Positions 9,706 to 19,888 of a stretch of 64,000 nucleotides of DNA are shown here, piece by piece (within the stretch, counting starts at the first letter, position 1; each line of letters opens with the position of its first letter). Source of the DNA: a bacterium (GTDB lineage Bacteria; UBA8248); the NCBI GenBank assembly GCA_965261085.1, contig OZ253442.1:1024001-1088000 (forward strand), in the 5' to 3' direction. The notes under the pieces were generated by a model. That model made no database searches. It worked only from the letters and a program-made list of their open reading frames with translations, and had not been told where the DNA came from. The translations under genes were made by a program, and so were the position numbers.

Positions 9706-11145
9706 CTATGGATTCTCCGTGGATGATATGTTCGAATTGTTTGGCTCGTGCGGCTCCTTGGATTGACTAATCACCGGCGGCGGAGAGTTGTGTCCGCTAC
9801 TTTCTTCGGTTGTTTTAGGGGCAGTGGATTCCTCGATCGGATCGCGCTTATCGATTGATGGAGGTGGGGGAGACCAACGCCGCAAACGCTGACCGATTCG
9901 GTCGTAGAATTCAGGCACTAATTCCTCCAGGTCTTTAATGAAGTTCTGTGGTTTGGAGAAGCGGCCTGCGAGGTCTTTGACCATCATAATCTCGAAGCTT
10001 GTAAGCGTTGCGCCTGAGTGTCCGACTTCAAGGCATTTAGTATTGTCTCGTACTTCCGACAAACTCGCCTTAGTCGGCGGAGTTTTCCCGGGCCAATAAG
10101 CCCGAATGATGACATCATCGCCAGCGGCGCCTCGCAATTGTCGAAGGAGCCAGTTGATTCTCGCACTAGCTTTCTTCCTGTCGCCAGGCGCATCGAGTTT
10201 CATGGAACAAGAAATTGATCTGCCCTCCAAATTTGCCGTTATTTCTATGTTGCCGGCGGCATTCGGTACGCTGAAGCTGGAACGCAGTTCATGGGAAGCG
10301 ATTAGTGAATCGCATGTTTCGCTTAACCGGAGCGCGGGATCCTTCTTATGCTTGATGGGAAGGCGGATGTCGACGTGTTTTCCTATCTCCCGGCTGAGCA
10401 ATAAGCAAACGTCTCGTTCCTCTTGATGCCAACTGGAAACAGTATTTTGGATCTCGAGAGAAGATTTGCTGAATTTATCTCCATGTATCATCCCGGCAAC
10501 GAGTGACTTCCATTCTTTGTTCATTTGCTCGAATCCCTTGACCCCGGATTTCGGATGCTTGAAATAGTGCACCATCTCTCCAAGTATGTAGGCTTGCTCA
10601 CTGCTTATTTCTTCTTTGTCTTTAAGAATCATTGATGCTTGGGTGCGTACATTAATCCAGGAAATGTGAAATAAATCGACGTGCTTATTAAGCACTTTCG
10701 AAATCGAATACGGGGTATGCGTTGGTAAAGGAGTTAGCTGATTCGACAACGTGATCACCGCGTCGATTCCATTTGCTTTTGCTATTTTTGCATACCGTTC
10801 CACCTGCTCTTCATCAATCTCGACATTGTCAATCTTGGCTTCTACGAACGCTTTCCATTGGGACTTGCCTGTCGATAGAATCAGAAGACCGTCGGGCCTG
10901 TCTTCATCTTTTCTAGTGTTGTTTTCGTCTGAAGACGGGAAGATGACTTCTGTATAGCTGAGTAATTTGGACTTTTTCCCCATCCGTACTCCACATTGCC
11001 CCAATAGCTGCTTGGCGAACGGTTGCACAACGGCCAGAGTAGCAAGCAGGATGGATACAAGCCGCTCTTCCTTGCGTACATCGGCGATTGTAGGGATGAG
11101 CCTTGCGCGATGGGCGTTCTTCAAAATGCCGTCGATGTCACTCAT
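9706..11145 (-). CDS. Hypothetical protein with a putative PD-(D/E)XK nuclease motif
   Basis: 479-aa ORF, RPDGLLIL...AFVEAK, visibly more AT-rich than its neighbours. Confidence 0.6.
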   Translation of the reverse strand: MSDIDGILKNAHRARLIPTIADVRKEERLVSILLATLAVVQPFAKQLLGQCGVRMGKKSKLLSYTEVIFPSSDENNTRKDEDRPDGLLILSTGKSQWKAFVEAKIDNVEIDEEQVERYAKIAKANGIDAVITLSNQLTPLPTHTPYSISKVLNKHVDLFHISWINVRTQASMILKDKEEISSEQAYILGEMVHYFKHPKSGVKGFEQMNKEWKSLVAGMIHGDKFSKSSLEIQNTVSSWHQEERDVCLLLSREIGKHVDIRLPIKHKKDPALRLSETCDSLIASHELRSSFSVPNAAGNIEITANLEGRSISCSMKLDAPGDRKKASARINWLLRQLRGAAGDDVIIRAYWPGKTPPTKASLSEVRDNTKCLEVGHSGATLTSFEIMMVKDLAGRFSKPQNFIKDLEELVPEFYDRIGQRLRRWSPPPPSIDKRDPIEESTAPKTTEESSGHNSPPPVISQSKEPHEPNNSNISSTENP

Positions 11146-11475
11146 TGTTGTTCCACTCCATGGTTAGAAAATCAGAAATTGAGTCCTCTTAGCGCACGAA
11201 AATCACGCAACATTGCAAGTGGGAACCGGCAGATTTTCGGGGTGATTAATTTTTTTGACGCTATCACGGGGTATTTTGTTTGTAAAGTTTTTGAGAGGGG
11301 TTGTGCTGAGAGGTTGCCATTGAGCGTGAATTGCCGAACATCTAAAAAAATAACCAACCCCCTGCGCCGCTTAGGCTTGTCCCCAAAACCTGCTAGAATG
11401 AGCAAACCCAAATCATGGAACAGGGAATCGCCGGAAAGCCCGGATTTCTCCTTATCATCCTATGGAGTCGCGATA

Positions 11476-11833
11476 GTGTCCGATACACACATGCCGCTCG
11501 CGCGTTTCAAGGTGCTCGATCTCACCCAAGCCCGAGGGGGCGAGCCGGCGGCCCTCGGCGGTGAAATCGCCCAACGGCTCGTATGCGGATCTCTTCGACC
11601 GCGCGCGGGGGATTCCCGCCTATGACGCGGCGAAACTGCGCTGCCCGGCGCTTTTGATCTTTGGAGATTATGACGGCTCGGCGAACGAGGCCGAAGCGTG
11701 GGATTTGTTCCAGAAGATGACGAACAGCCGGGGCAAGCGCTTCGTCGTCATCGGCGACGGCACGCATTACATGGAATTCGAAAAACGTCGCGAAGAGTTG
11801 TATCGTGAAGTGGAGAACTTTCTGGAGAGTTGA
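11476..11833 (+). pseudogene. Chimeric remnant: CoA-transferase N-terminus joined out of frame to an alpha/beta-hydrolase C-terminus
   Basis: MPLARFKVLDLTQARG (CaiB/BaiF-type start), then in another frame ...LRCPALLIFGDYD...IGDGTHYMEFEKRR to the stop at 11833. Confidence 0.65.
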
Positions 11834-11866
11834 GCGAGCTTAAGGCTCCCCAATGAGGAGGCGGAT

Positions 11867-13261
11867 ATGAGCGTTACCGAACGGATGGCGGAATTCATCG
11901 TCGAGACGAAGTGGGCGGATTTTCCCGCGCTGGTGATCGAGCGCGCGAAAAAGGCGGTGGTCGACACCGTGGGCGTAACACTCGCTGGTGCGGGAGAGCC
12001 CGTCGGACGCATCGTGGCCGATTTCGCGCAAAAGATGGGCGGCGCGCCCGAGGCGACCATCATCGGCGTGAACGCCCGCGCCGCAGCACCTATGGCCGCT
12101 CTCGCCAACGGGGCGATGGGCCACGCGCTTGATTTCGACGATTCGAGCTATCTGCTGAACGGCCACCCGAGCGTGGGCGTGCTGCCCGCCGTGCTGGCCC
12201 AGGGAGAGGTTCAGGGAGCGTCGGGCCGTGAGGTGTTGGAGGCTTTCATCATCGGCTATGAGATATCGACCAAACTTGGCGAAGGCATGAACCCTGAACA
12301 CTATGGCGCGGGGTGGCATGCCACCTGCACGCTGGGCACCATGGGCGCAGCGGCCGCCGCCGCGCACTTGCGTGGATTCGACGTGGAAACCACGCGCCAC
12401 GCTCTCGGATGCGCGGCGTCGCATGCGTCGGGCGTTCACGCGAACTTCGGCACGATGACGAAACCGCTCCACGCTGGTCTCGCGCCCGAGGCCGGCCTTC
12501 GAGCGGCGGCGCTCGCGGCGGCGGGCCTCACGGCGAGCACGACCATCCTGGAAGCCCCGCGCGGATTCCTGGACGCCTTCGCCGGAGGCGGCTCCCCATG
12601 CGCTGAGGAGATCGTGGAGAGTCTCGGGCGGCCATACGCCCTGGCGGAGCCGGGCATGAACATGAAGCCCTATCCATGCTGCCTCTCGACCCACCCGGCG
12701 GTGGATGCGCTCTATGACCTGGTGGAGGAGTCGAACATCGCGGCGGCGGACGTGGCCCGCATCGAGGTCTCACTCGTCGAAATCGCCACGCAGGTGCTTC
12801 GCTACCACGCGCCCAAGACGGGCCTTCAGGGCAAGTTCTCCATCGAGTATTGCCTCGCGCGCATGCTGCTGGATGGTGATTTGCGCCTCGAGACCTTCAC
12901 GGATGAGGCGGTGCGCGAACCCCTGCTTCAGGAGTGGATGACGAAAGTTCACGTCACCACCGATGATATGGGCTGGCAGCCGGGCATGCGCAAGCCGAGC
13001 GACGTGCGCGTTCACCTACACGACGGCCGCGTATTGAGAAAGAAAACGGACGTCTCGCGCGGCTGCGCGCTCTGGCCGATGGAGGATGCGAAGATACGCT
13101 CCAAGTTCCGTGATTGCGCGAAATCCGCTATGCCGGAGGAAGAGTATGAGGAAGTGCTCTCGCGTCTGGAATCCTTGGAGGCGCAGCCCGAGATCGGCTC
13201 CTTGATGCAGCTTCTGGGCGGTGAGATCGCGCGGGGGCAGCCTGCGGGGCAGACGGCGTGA
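11867..13261 (+). CDS. MmgE/PrpD-family protein
   Basis: GHALDFDD, HPS, GWHAT, TMTKPLHAG and KPYPCC motifs. Confidence 0.9.
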   Translation: MSVTERMAEFIVETKWADFPALVIERAKKAVVDTVGVTLAGAGEPVGRIVADFAQKMGGAPEATIIGVNARAAAPMAALANGAMGHALDFDDSSYLLNGHPSVGVLPAVLAQGEVQGASGREVLEAFIIGYEISTKLGEGMNPEHYGAGWHATCTLGTMGAAAAAAHLRGFDVETTRHALGCAASHASGVHANFGTMTKPLHAGLAPEAGLRAAALAAAGLTASTTILEAPRGFLDAFAGGGSPCAEEIVESLGRPYALAEPGMNMKPYPCCLSTHPAVDALYDLVEESNIAAADVARIEVSLVEIATQVLRYHAPKTGLQGKFSIEYCLARMLLDGDLRLETFTDEAVREPLLQEWMTKVHVTTDDMGWQPGMRKPSDVRVHLHDGRVLRKKTDVSRGCALWPMEDAKIRSKFRDCAKSAMPEEEYEEVLSRLESLEAQPEIGSLMQLLGGEIARGQPAGQTA

Positions 13262-13294
13262 AGAAATGGATGGGTGTTTCGTAACGATTCGGGC

Positions 13295-13885
13295 CTAGCG
13301 GTGCATCTTCTCGCACCGGGCAATCGCGGCGGATAGTTTCTCCTGCGGTTCCGTCCCGATATTCACCGCGAACTTGAGACCGGAAAGATTCCCGATGCAC
13401 GCCTCGTAGGGGAGGTTTCGGAAAAACACGGCGAAGCGTTCGCACCCGTCCGCGTTCCCGTCGAAGGTGTATCCGGTTATTTTCTCCGCATCGTCGGCTT
13501 CCACATTGATCGTGCAGAAATGCAGCACCGTTCTATCCACCTGTTGCGTTTCGCACACCCTCACCACTTTGCGGTGGACGGGGGCGCGGGGCCGATTCGG
13601 AGTGAAACGCTCTACGACTTTTTCGCGGCAGATGGTCTCCGGCACCGTAAAGGTGAAGGCGCTTCTGTGGTCCCAGGTATAGACTTTCCGGCCGCCGACC
13701 GTGACGTCGTTGTCCGGATACCCTATCTTCGCCACAAGACTCTCGACGGGGGCGCCCACCATGCCGGTAAGCCCATCGTGCAATATCCCGAGGGTGGGGA
13801 ACGTCTGGACCGCGCAGCCGGAGAGAAAGGCGGCGAATGCGACCCCGCTGAGGAGTTTGGATGCGTAGGAGGCATGGTGTCTCAT
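13295..13885 (-). CDS. Hypothetical lipoprotein
   Basis: Lipobox LSGC after a hydrophobic stretch; GYPD...GRKVYTW; GGAGG RBS. Confidence 0.65.
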   Translation of the reverse strand: MRHHASYASKLLSGVAFAAFLSGCAVQTFPTLGILHDGLTGMVGAPVESLVAKIGYPDNDVTVGGRKVYTWDHRSAFTFTVPETICREKVVERFTPNRPRAPVHRKVVRVCETQQVDRTVLHFCTINVEADDAEKITGYTFDGNADGCERFAVFFRNLPYEACIGNLSGLKFAVNIGTEPQEKLSAAIARCEKMHR

Positions 13886-14142
13886 GGTGAAATTCCTCCA
13901 GGATTTCTTGAATAAAATGCCTGGGTCATTAAAGGGATATTACTATACCCTCCGGGTTTGTTGAATCGCCCGGGAAAAGCTCAGGCTCATCTCGTGCGAA
14001 AACCGGCGGATTCTATAGAATGGGAGAATCCGGAGTCGTCGATAAGGATTTCAGAATACCCTGGCTGTTCCTACCGGGAAGGGCCGCCCCGCGCACTCCC
14101 TGCGAAATGTGGGGAGCAAAAAACAGAAGGAGACGTATTAAA

Positions 14143-14550
14143 ATGCCGTTTTATAAAGTATCCGAGATGGCCGAATCCCACGTGGCCGCCCAGCCCATGG
14201 GCCGCTTCAAGGGGCTGGCGGGGGAGTTGATGAAGGTGGGCTTTGTCACTTATCCCAAAGGCAAGATGTCCAGACCGCATTACCACCCGAACGAGGAGCA
14301 GTTCCTCTTAATCCTGGAAGGCAGGCAGTGGATGATAGTGGGCGATGAGGAGAAGCTCATCGGCCCCGGCGACCTCGTCCACATTCCGAGGGGGGCGAAA
14401 CACGGCGGCGTCATCATCGATGAGGTGCGCATGTTCACCGTCAAGAGTCCTTCGGGCGACGGGAGCCTCGATCAGGATCATAACGACGCGGAGGACGCGG
14501 AGGAGGTGATCGAGCGGCTCGAGAGCAAACTCGATGAGCTGAGCGGGTAG
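14143..14550 (+). CDS. Cupin-domain protein
   Basis: PHYHPNEEQF and GDLVHIPRGAKHG; AGAAGGAG RBS before ATG 14143. Confidence 0.88.
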   Translation: MPFYKVSEMAESHVAAQPMGRFKGLAGELMKVGFVTYPKGKMSRPHYHPNEEQFLLILEGRQWMIVGDEEKLIGPGDLVHIPRGAKHGGVIIDEVRMFTVKSPSGDGSLDQDHNDAEDAEEVIERLESKLDELSG

Positions 14551-14605
14551 TAGCCGCGTTTTGGGTGACGAGCCCGACTCTGAAAACAGGGGATCATATA
14601 TCCAC

Positions 14606-16357
14606 ATGAAACAACGGATAAGGACATTACAAGGCTTCATGGACTGGCTGAAGCAAGTGCAAGGACGGTTCGTTCTTTATCGCGGTCTGGCGGATGCGGA
14701 ATGGGAAGTGGAATCTTCTGCCTACCGAAGAATAGAGGATTCAGAAGGAGAAGCACCCCCGCGCGTATTTCAGAACTATATTGAGCAGTTGTTGAATCGC
14801 GCGAGCTTGCAGGGATTCAGAGAGCGGGAAGGAGGAGTAAAGCGTTCGGATATGGAGTTGCTCGCTGAACTTCAGCACAACGGTGCAGCGACGTGTCTGA
14901 TCGACTTCACCGATAACGCTTTGGTTGCGCTTTGGTTCGCATGTCGAGAGAAGCCGGAAAAAGCAGGGAAAGTGGTCGCCATGGCGACGGAAGAGACTGA
15001 GGATTTTTCCATCGTTACCTATGAGAACTTGCAGGATCCCATCAATAATTTTCTTGACAAGGATAAATTGTGGAAATGGACGCCGAGCAATCTCAGCAAC
15101 CGCATTGTCGCACAGAACTCGGTTTTCGTGTTTGGAGAGAGGAAGATAGAAAAAGAGCGCTGGCATTACGAAGAAATCAAAGTGGATGCGAGCAGTAAGG
15201 GAGAAATAAGAGAGGAACTGAAGGAAAAATTCGGCATCACAGAGGAATCCCTTTTCAGCGATTTGACCGGCTTCTCCCAATCGAACGCGCATGGTAGGCC
15301 GTATAGTGACTATACAGTGGAAGATTACTTTTCTTTGGGTTTGACTTTTCGCCAGCAAGGGAAACTTGAAAAGGCAATTGATGCTTACAAAAAAGTGCTT
15401 GAACTCGCCCCCGATCACGTGCGGGCTTACAGGAGCCGGGGGATCGCGAAACGCGCATTGGGAAACCATCAAGGTGCTATTGCCGATTTCGGTAAGGCGA
15501 TTGACCTCAATCCGCAATACGCCGCGGCATATGCTGGTCGAGGGATTGTAAAGCGCATTTTGGGAGACCATCAAGGCGCCATCGCCGACTTTGACAAAGC
15601 ACTTAGCCTCGACCCCAAGCACGTGCAGGCTTACAGACAGCGGGGGATTGCGAAGCGCGATTCAGGTGACCACCAAGGCGCTATAGCCGACTTTGATAAG
15701 GTGATTGAACTCAACCCGCAAAGCGTTCTGGCCTACAGGAATAGGGGCCTCACAAAGCGTATTTTGGGTGATCATCAAGGTGCCATTGCTGACTTCGACA
15801 AAGCGCTTGACCTCAACCCACAATATGCTCAAGCGTATGTTGGCAGGGGGATTGCGAAGCGCGCTTCACGTGACCATCAAGGTGCCATCGATGACTTCAA
15901 CAAAGCGCTTGAACTTACCCCTGAAGACATGAGGGTTTACAGGAACCGGGGAATCGCGAAGCGCGCTTCAGGGGATATTTCAGGAGCTATCGCCGACTTC
16001 GATCAAGCTATTACACTCAATCCGGAATACGGCAAGGCATACGGTGGCAGGGGGATTGCGAAGCGCCTTTCGGGTGACCACCAAAGCGCTATAGCCGACT
16101 TTGACAAGGTGATTGAACTCGATTCTGAATCTGCTTTGGCTTACAGAAATCGAGGTCTTGCCAAACGCGATTCAGGGGATATATCAGGAGCTATCACTGA
16201 CTTTGACAAGGTAATTGACCTCGACCCTAAATATGCCTTGGCCTACAAAAATCGAGGCATCGCAAAACGAGCTTCAGGCGATGAGGCGGGCGCTCAAGCG
16301 GATTTCGCCAAGGCGCAAGAACTGGACCCGAATCTGGTACCCCCCGAGCCGTCATGA
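14606..16357 (+). CDS. FRG-domain protein with 10 C-terminal TPR repeats
   Basis: LYRG, LAELQHNGAATCLIDFT.N.LVALWFAC, RIVAQNSVF; ten 34-aa repeats of the A-Y-x-x-R-G...AIADFDKA..L.P type. Confidence 0.88.
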   Translation: MKQRIRTLQGFMDWLKQVQGRFVLYRGLADAEWEVESSAYRRIEDSEGEAPPRVFQNYIEQLLNRASLQGFREREGGVKRSDMELLAELQHNGAATCLIDFTDNALVALWFACREKPEKAGKVVAMATEETEDFSIVTYENLQDPINNFLDKDKLWKWTPSNLSNRIVAQNSVFVFGERKIEKERWHYEEIKVDASSKGEIREELKEKFGITEESLFSDLTGFSQSNAHGRPYSDYTVEDYFSLGLTFRQQGKLEKAIDAYKKVLELAPDHVRAYRSRGIAKRALGNHQGAIADFGKAIDLNPQYAAAYAGRGIVKRILGDHQGAIADFDKALSLDPKHVQAYRQRGIAKRDSGDHQGAIADFDKVIELNPQSVLAYRNRGLTKRILGDHQGAIADFDKALDLNPQYAQAYVGRGIAKRASRDHQGAIDDFNKALELTPEDMRVYRNRGIAKRASGDISGAIADFDQAITLNPEYGKAYGGRGIAKRLSGDHQSAIADFDKVIELDSESALAYRNRGLAKRDSGDISGAITDFDKVIDLDPKYALAYKNRGIAKRASGDEAGAQADFAKAQELDPNLVPPEPS

Positions 16358-16455
16358 CGCCTCCCGAAAACAAAGGAATTCACCCATGAAAGCGATGCGC
16401 GTGCAGGCGTTCGATCTGGATGTCCTGCCTCCGCCGCCTCGGTGAAGCGCGCTCC

Positions 16456-18138
16456 CTAGAAAAGTCCCGTGATCTTGCCGTCTGCGGTGATGTCCATTCC
16501 CGCCGAGGCGGGCGTTTTGGCGAGGCCGGGCATCTGCATGATGCTCCCCGCGATGGCGACCACGAACCCCGCCCCTGCCGACACATTGACCTCGCGCACG
16601 TTCACCGTGAATCCCGTGGGGGCGCCGAGTTTTTTGGGATTATCAGAGAGCGAGGCTTGCGTCTTCGCGATGCAGACGGGAAGCTCGCCGTAGCCCAGCC
16701 TCGTGAGCGAGCGCAGGCTGCGCGCGGCGGCCGGCTCGAAGCGCACCCCGTCCGCGCGGTAGATGCGCTTGGCGATGGTCTCTATCTTGTCTTTTAGCGG
16801 CATATCGAGGGGATAAAGCGGCGTGTAGGGCGCATCGTTTGCCTCCGCGAGGCCGAATGCCGTCTCTGCGAGTTCGAGTCCCCCCTCGCCTCCTTTGCCG
16901 TGAAGCTCATGCGCGCAGCAGGGCGCTCCCGCCTCGACGCAAAGTTCCTTGACCCGCGCGATTTCCGCATCCGTATCCGCCGCGAAGCGGTTCACGGCCA
17001 CCAGCACGGGCGCGCCGAAGCTCTTCATGTTCTCGATGTGGGTCCTTAAGTTCGCGAAGCCCTGTGTGACGGCGTCTACGTTTTCTTCCGCCAGGGCGTC
17101 CTTATCGAAGGGAACGCCCCCGTGGAGCTTGAGCGCGCGGACGGTGGCGACGAGCACGACCGCGTCCACGCTCAAGCCCGCCGTTCGCGCGGTGATGTCG
17201 AAGAATTTTTCAGCCCCCAGATCCGAGCCGAAGCCCGCCTCCACGACCATCACGTCGGCGAGTTTGAGTGCGAGCCTGTCCGCGATGATGGAGTTCGTGC
17301 CGTGGGCGATGTTGCCGAAAGGCCCCCCGTGGACGAAGGCGGGGGAACCCTCCAAGGTTTGTACGAGGTTGGGCTTGATGGCGTCTTTTAAGAGCAGGGA
17401 CATCGCGCCTGCTGCGTTCAGATCCCCTGCGGTGATGGGCGCGCCCTTTCGCGTGTAGCCGACCACGATGCGCCCGATGCGCTCTTTCATATCGCCCGGG
17501 TCGCTCGCGAGGCACAGCACGGCCATGATCTCGGACGCCGCCGTGATCATGAAGCCCTCCTCACGGGGAACGCCGTGCGTCCTGCCGCCGAGGCCGACGA
17601 GGGTGTGGCGCAGCGCGCGGTCGTTCATGTCCATCACCCGCTTCCAGGTGACGCGGTTCACGTCTAGCCTAAGTTCGTTGCCGTGGAATACGTGCGCGTC
17701 CAAGAGAGCGGAGAGCAGGTTGTGGGCGGAGGTGACCGCGTGGATGTCGCCCGTGAAGTGGAGGTTGATGTCCTCCATCGGCAGCACCTGGGACATGCCG
17801 CCGCCCGCAGCGCCCCCCTTGATGCCGAACACGGGCCCGAGCGAGGGTTCGCGCACGCAGAGGATGCTCTTTTTGCTGAGCCGCGCCAGCGACTGGCCGA
17901 GGCCCACGGTTGTCAGGGTCTTGCCCTCGCCCAGCGGGGTGGGCGTCATGGCGGTGACGAGGATGAGTTTTCCGTCTGGATCATCCTTACGGCGTTCGAG
18001 TGCGTCCAGGCCGACCTTCGCCTTGTGCGCGCCGTAGAGTTCTATCTCATCCGCCCCGAGCCCCAGCTCTTCCGCAATCTCGACGATGGGCCGGAGCTTC
18101 GCCGCTTGCGCGATTTCCACGTCTGATGCGATGGCCAT
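16456..18138 (-). CDS. fhs: Formate--tetrahydrofolate ligase
   Basis: TPTPLGEGKT, GIKGGAAGGG, HGGPFGNIAHG, VLVATVRALK. Confidence 0.97.
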   Translation of the reverse strand: MAIASDVEIAQAAKLRPIVEIAEELGLGADEIELYGAHKAKVGLDALERRKDDPDGKLILVTAMTPTPLGEGKTLTTVGLGQSLARLSKKSILCVREPSLGPVFGIKGGAAGGGMSQVLPMEDINLHFTGDIHAVTSAHNLLSALLDAHVFHGNELRLDVNRVTWKRVMDMNDRALRHTLVGLGGRTHGVPREEGFMITAASEIMAVLCLASDPGDMKERIGRIVVGYTRKGAPITAGDLNAAGAMSLLLKDAIKPNLVQTLEGSPAFVHGGPFGNIAHGTNSIIADRLALKLADVMVVEAGFGSDLGAEKFFDITARTAGLSVDAVVLVATVRALKLHGGVPFDKDALAEENVDAVTQGFANLRTHIENMKSFGAPVLVAVNRFAADTDAEIARVKELCVEAGAPCCAHELHGKGGEGGLELAETAFGLAEANDAPYTPLYPLDMPLKDKIETIAKRIYRADGVRFEPAAARSLRSLTRLGYGELPVCIAKTQASLSDNPKKLGAPTGFTVNVREVNVSAGAGFVVAIAGSIMQMPGLAKTPASAGMDITADGKITGLF

Positions 18139-18276
18139 AGCGCCCCCTTCCGGACCAGCGGCGATTCGTGCAGAAATGGATGTGTTTGAGTCCTTCCGGC
18201 AACCTAGCGAGGCGCATCATCAGTGTCAAGAAGAAAGAGAATAGAGGCCGTATGAGTGTAGCGAACAGGAGAATCT

Positions 18277-18369
18277 ATTCACGTTATATCGTTGAATTAG
18301 CGTGAATGAAGGGTGTTTTGTGGAGTCTATTCACGGGAAATTGATGTTTTGGCGTGAATGGTTTATATT
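18277..18369 (+). promoter_or_regulatory. Two ATTCACG-N17-CGTGAAT palindromic operators plus a sigma70-type promoter TTGATG-N17-TATATT for the Fic gene
   Basis: Palindromes at 18277-18307 and 18329-18359; -35 at 18341-18346, -10 at 18364-18369. Confidence 0.6.
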
Positions 18370-18375
18370 AACGGC

Positions 18376-19248
18376 ATGGCTACCACGGGACCGACAAGAG
18401 ATCGCATAAAGGCTCTCAAGCGAGAGTACGACGCCTTGCGCCGGGGGAAGGAATCGCTCCTGGCGATGATCGACGAGGTGGAAGTACCCGAGAGCGTCTA
18501 CAACTCGAACGCGATAGAAAATTCCACCCTCACTCTGGATGAGACCGAAAGAATCCTGCTGGAGCAAACCCTCGCCCGCGAGGTGTCCGTGCGGGAGGTC
18601 TACGAGGCGAAGAATCTGGCCCGCGTGATGGAATACAAGCGCGCGCGGGCGGAGGACAGCCAACTGGACGAGGAGTTGATACTGCTGCTCCACCGGATGC
18701 TCATCGGCGGCATCGACGACGCCATTGCGGGCCGGTTTCGGAGGCAGGGGGAGTACGTGCGGGTGGGTATGCACATCGCGCCCGCACCCGAGCACGTGGA
18801 GCGCATGATGGAGAATATACTCATCACCTATTCGAGCGACCTCGATTCCTATTGCCTCGACAAGATCGCCCGGTTCCATCTGGACTTCGAGACCATACAT
18901 CCTTTTTGCGACGGCAACGGCCGCATCGGGAGGGTCATCATCAATTTCCAGTTTTTACAACTCGGCCTGCCGCGCCTCATCGTCCGCAACTCGGAGAAGG
19001 AGACGTACTATCGCGCGTTCGGGGATTATAGAGATCGCCGGACGACCCGGACGATGGAGAATATCCTCGCGCTCGCCCTGCTGGAATCGCTCCACAAGCG
19101 GGTGAGTTACCTGCGGGGCGAGTCGATTGTGCGTCTGTCCGATTACATCCGAAAGAGGGGCCTCTCCGCCCCCACCACCACCAACGCCGCCCGCCGCCAG
19201 ACCATCCCCGCCTTCCGCGAGAAAGGTGTGTGGAAGATCGGGGAGTAG
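18376..19248 (+). CDS. Fic-family protein with a putative C-terminal DNA-binding domain
   Basis: Canonical HPFCDGNGRIGR, SNAIEN; start placed at ATG 18376 (ORF track uses 18358). Confidence 0.88.
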   Translation: MATTGPTRDRIKALKREYDALRRGKESLLAMIDEVEVPESVYNSNAIENSTLTLDETERILLEQTLAREVSVREVYEAKNLARVMEYKRARAEDSQLDEELILLLHRMLIGGIDDAIAGRFRRQGEYVRVGMHIAPAPEHVERMMENILITYSSDLDSYCLDKIARFHLDFETIHPFCDGNGRIGRVIINFQFLQLGLPRLIVRNSEKETYYRAFGDYRDRRTTRTMENILALALLESLHKRVSYLRGESIVRLSDYIRKRGLSAPTTTNAARRQTIPAFREKGVWKIGE

Positions 19249-19261
19249 GGGGGGGAGGTAG

Positions 19262-19888
19262 CTAGCTTTGCGCCAGATCGAGAAGAGCCTCAATAAAGCG
19301 TTTCGCATGGGAAGATGCGTTTTTGACTTTCTCAGCGTCCAGCTTCGCCAGAATCTCGAAACTGTGCGATCCCTTGTGATAGCCGCGTTTCGAGGTATCC
19401 CGGGCAGCTCTATCTAATCCATCCAAAACATCATCTTTGGTAATTTGTTCAATCCGGGGATTTTGCGGGAGCGCGTTCTGCCTATAGCCTTGACCGTAAA
19501 ATTCCTTTAGCGCATCCCCATCGGCCAGAAACCATGATTCCATGATTTGCACCATGAGGTGGCATTGCTCGTCAGTCGCGCCAGCGGGGCGAGGCCACCC
19601 GTCACGATTATTGAGATGTCGCCATGACCCGCCTTGCTCCACAGGCCTCTCGGCGTCCACGAGAAGCATGGCTTTCCCGTATTGATGAGCGACTTCGAAA
19701 TCCTTATATGCGTTCTCACGGCCGCCAGAGGGTACAATTCTGGGCATCTTTTCATTCAAACCCGCCTTCTCGATGAAAGTGCGAAAACCTTCGCGGCACT
19801 CGCTTCTTAAAGACTTAGCATCGCCTCCACCTTCCACAAAGACCTTGACACTTACCACCGATTTCCTCCGATATCTCCACGTGTCCAA
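19262..19888 (-). CDS. DUF4276-like (TOPRIM-like) protein
   Basis: VKVFVEGGG, LLVDAE, MESWFLAD; overlaps the ATPase end, true start probably near 19855. Confidence 0.8.
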   Translation of the reverse strand: MDTWRYRRKSVVSVKVFVEGGGDAKSLRSECREGFRTFIEKAGLNEKMPRIVPSGGRENAYKDFEVAHQYGKAMLLVDAERPVEQGGSWRHLNNRDGWPRPAGATDEQCHLMVQIMESWFLADGDALKEFYGQGYRQNALPQNPRIEQITKDDVLDGLDRAARDTSKRGYHKGSHSFEILAKLDAEKVKNASSHAKRFIEALLDLAQS

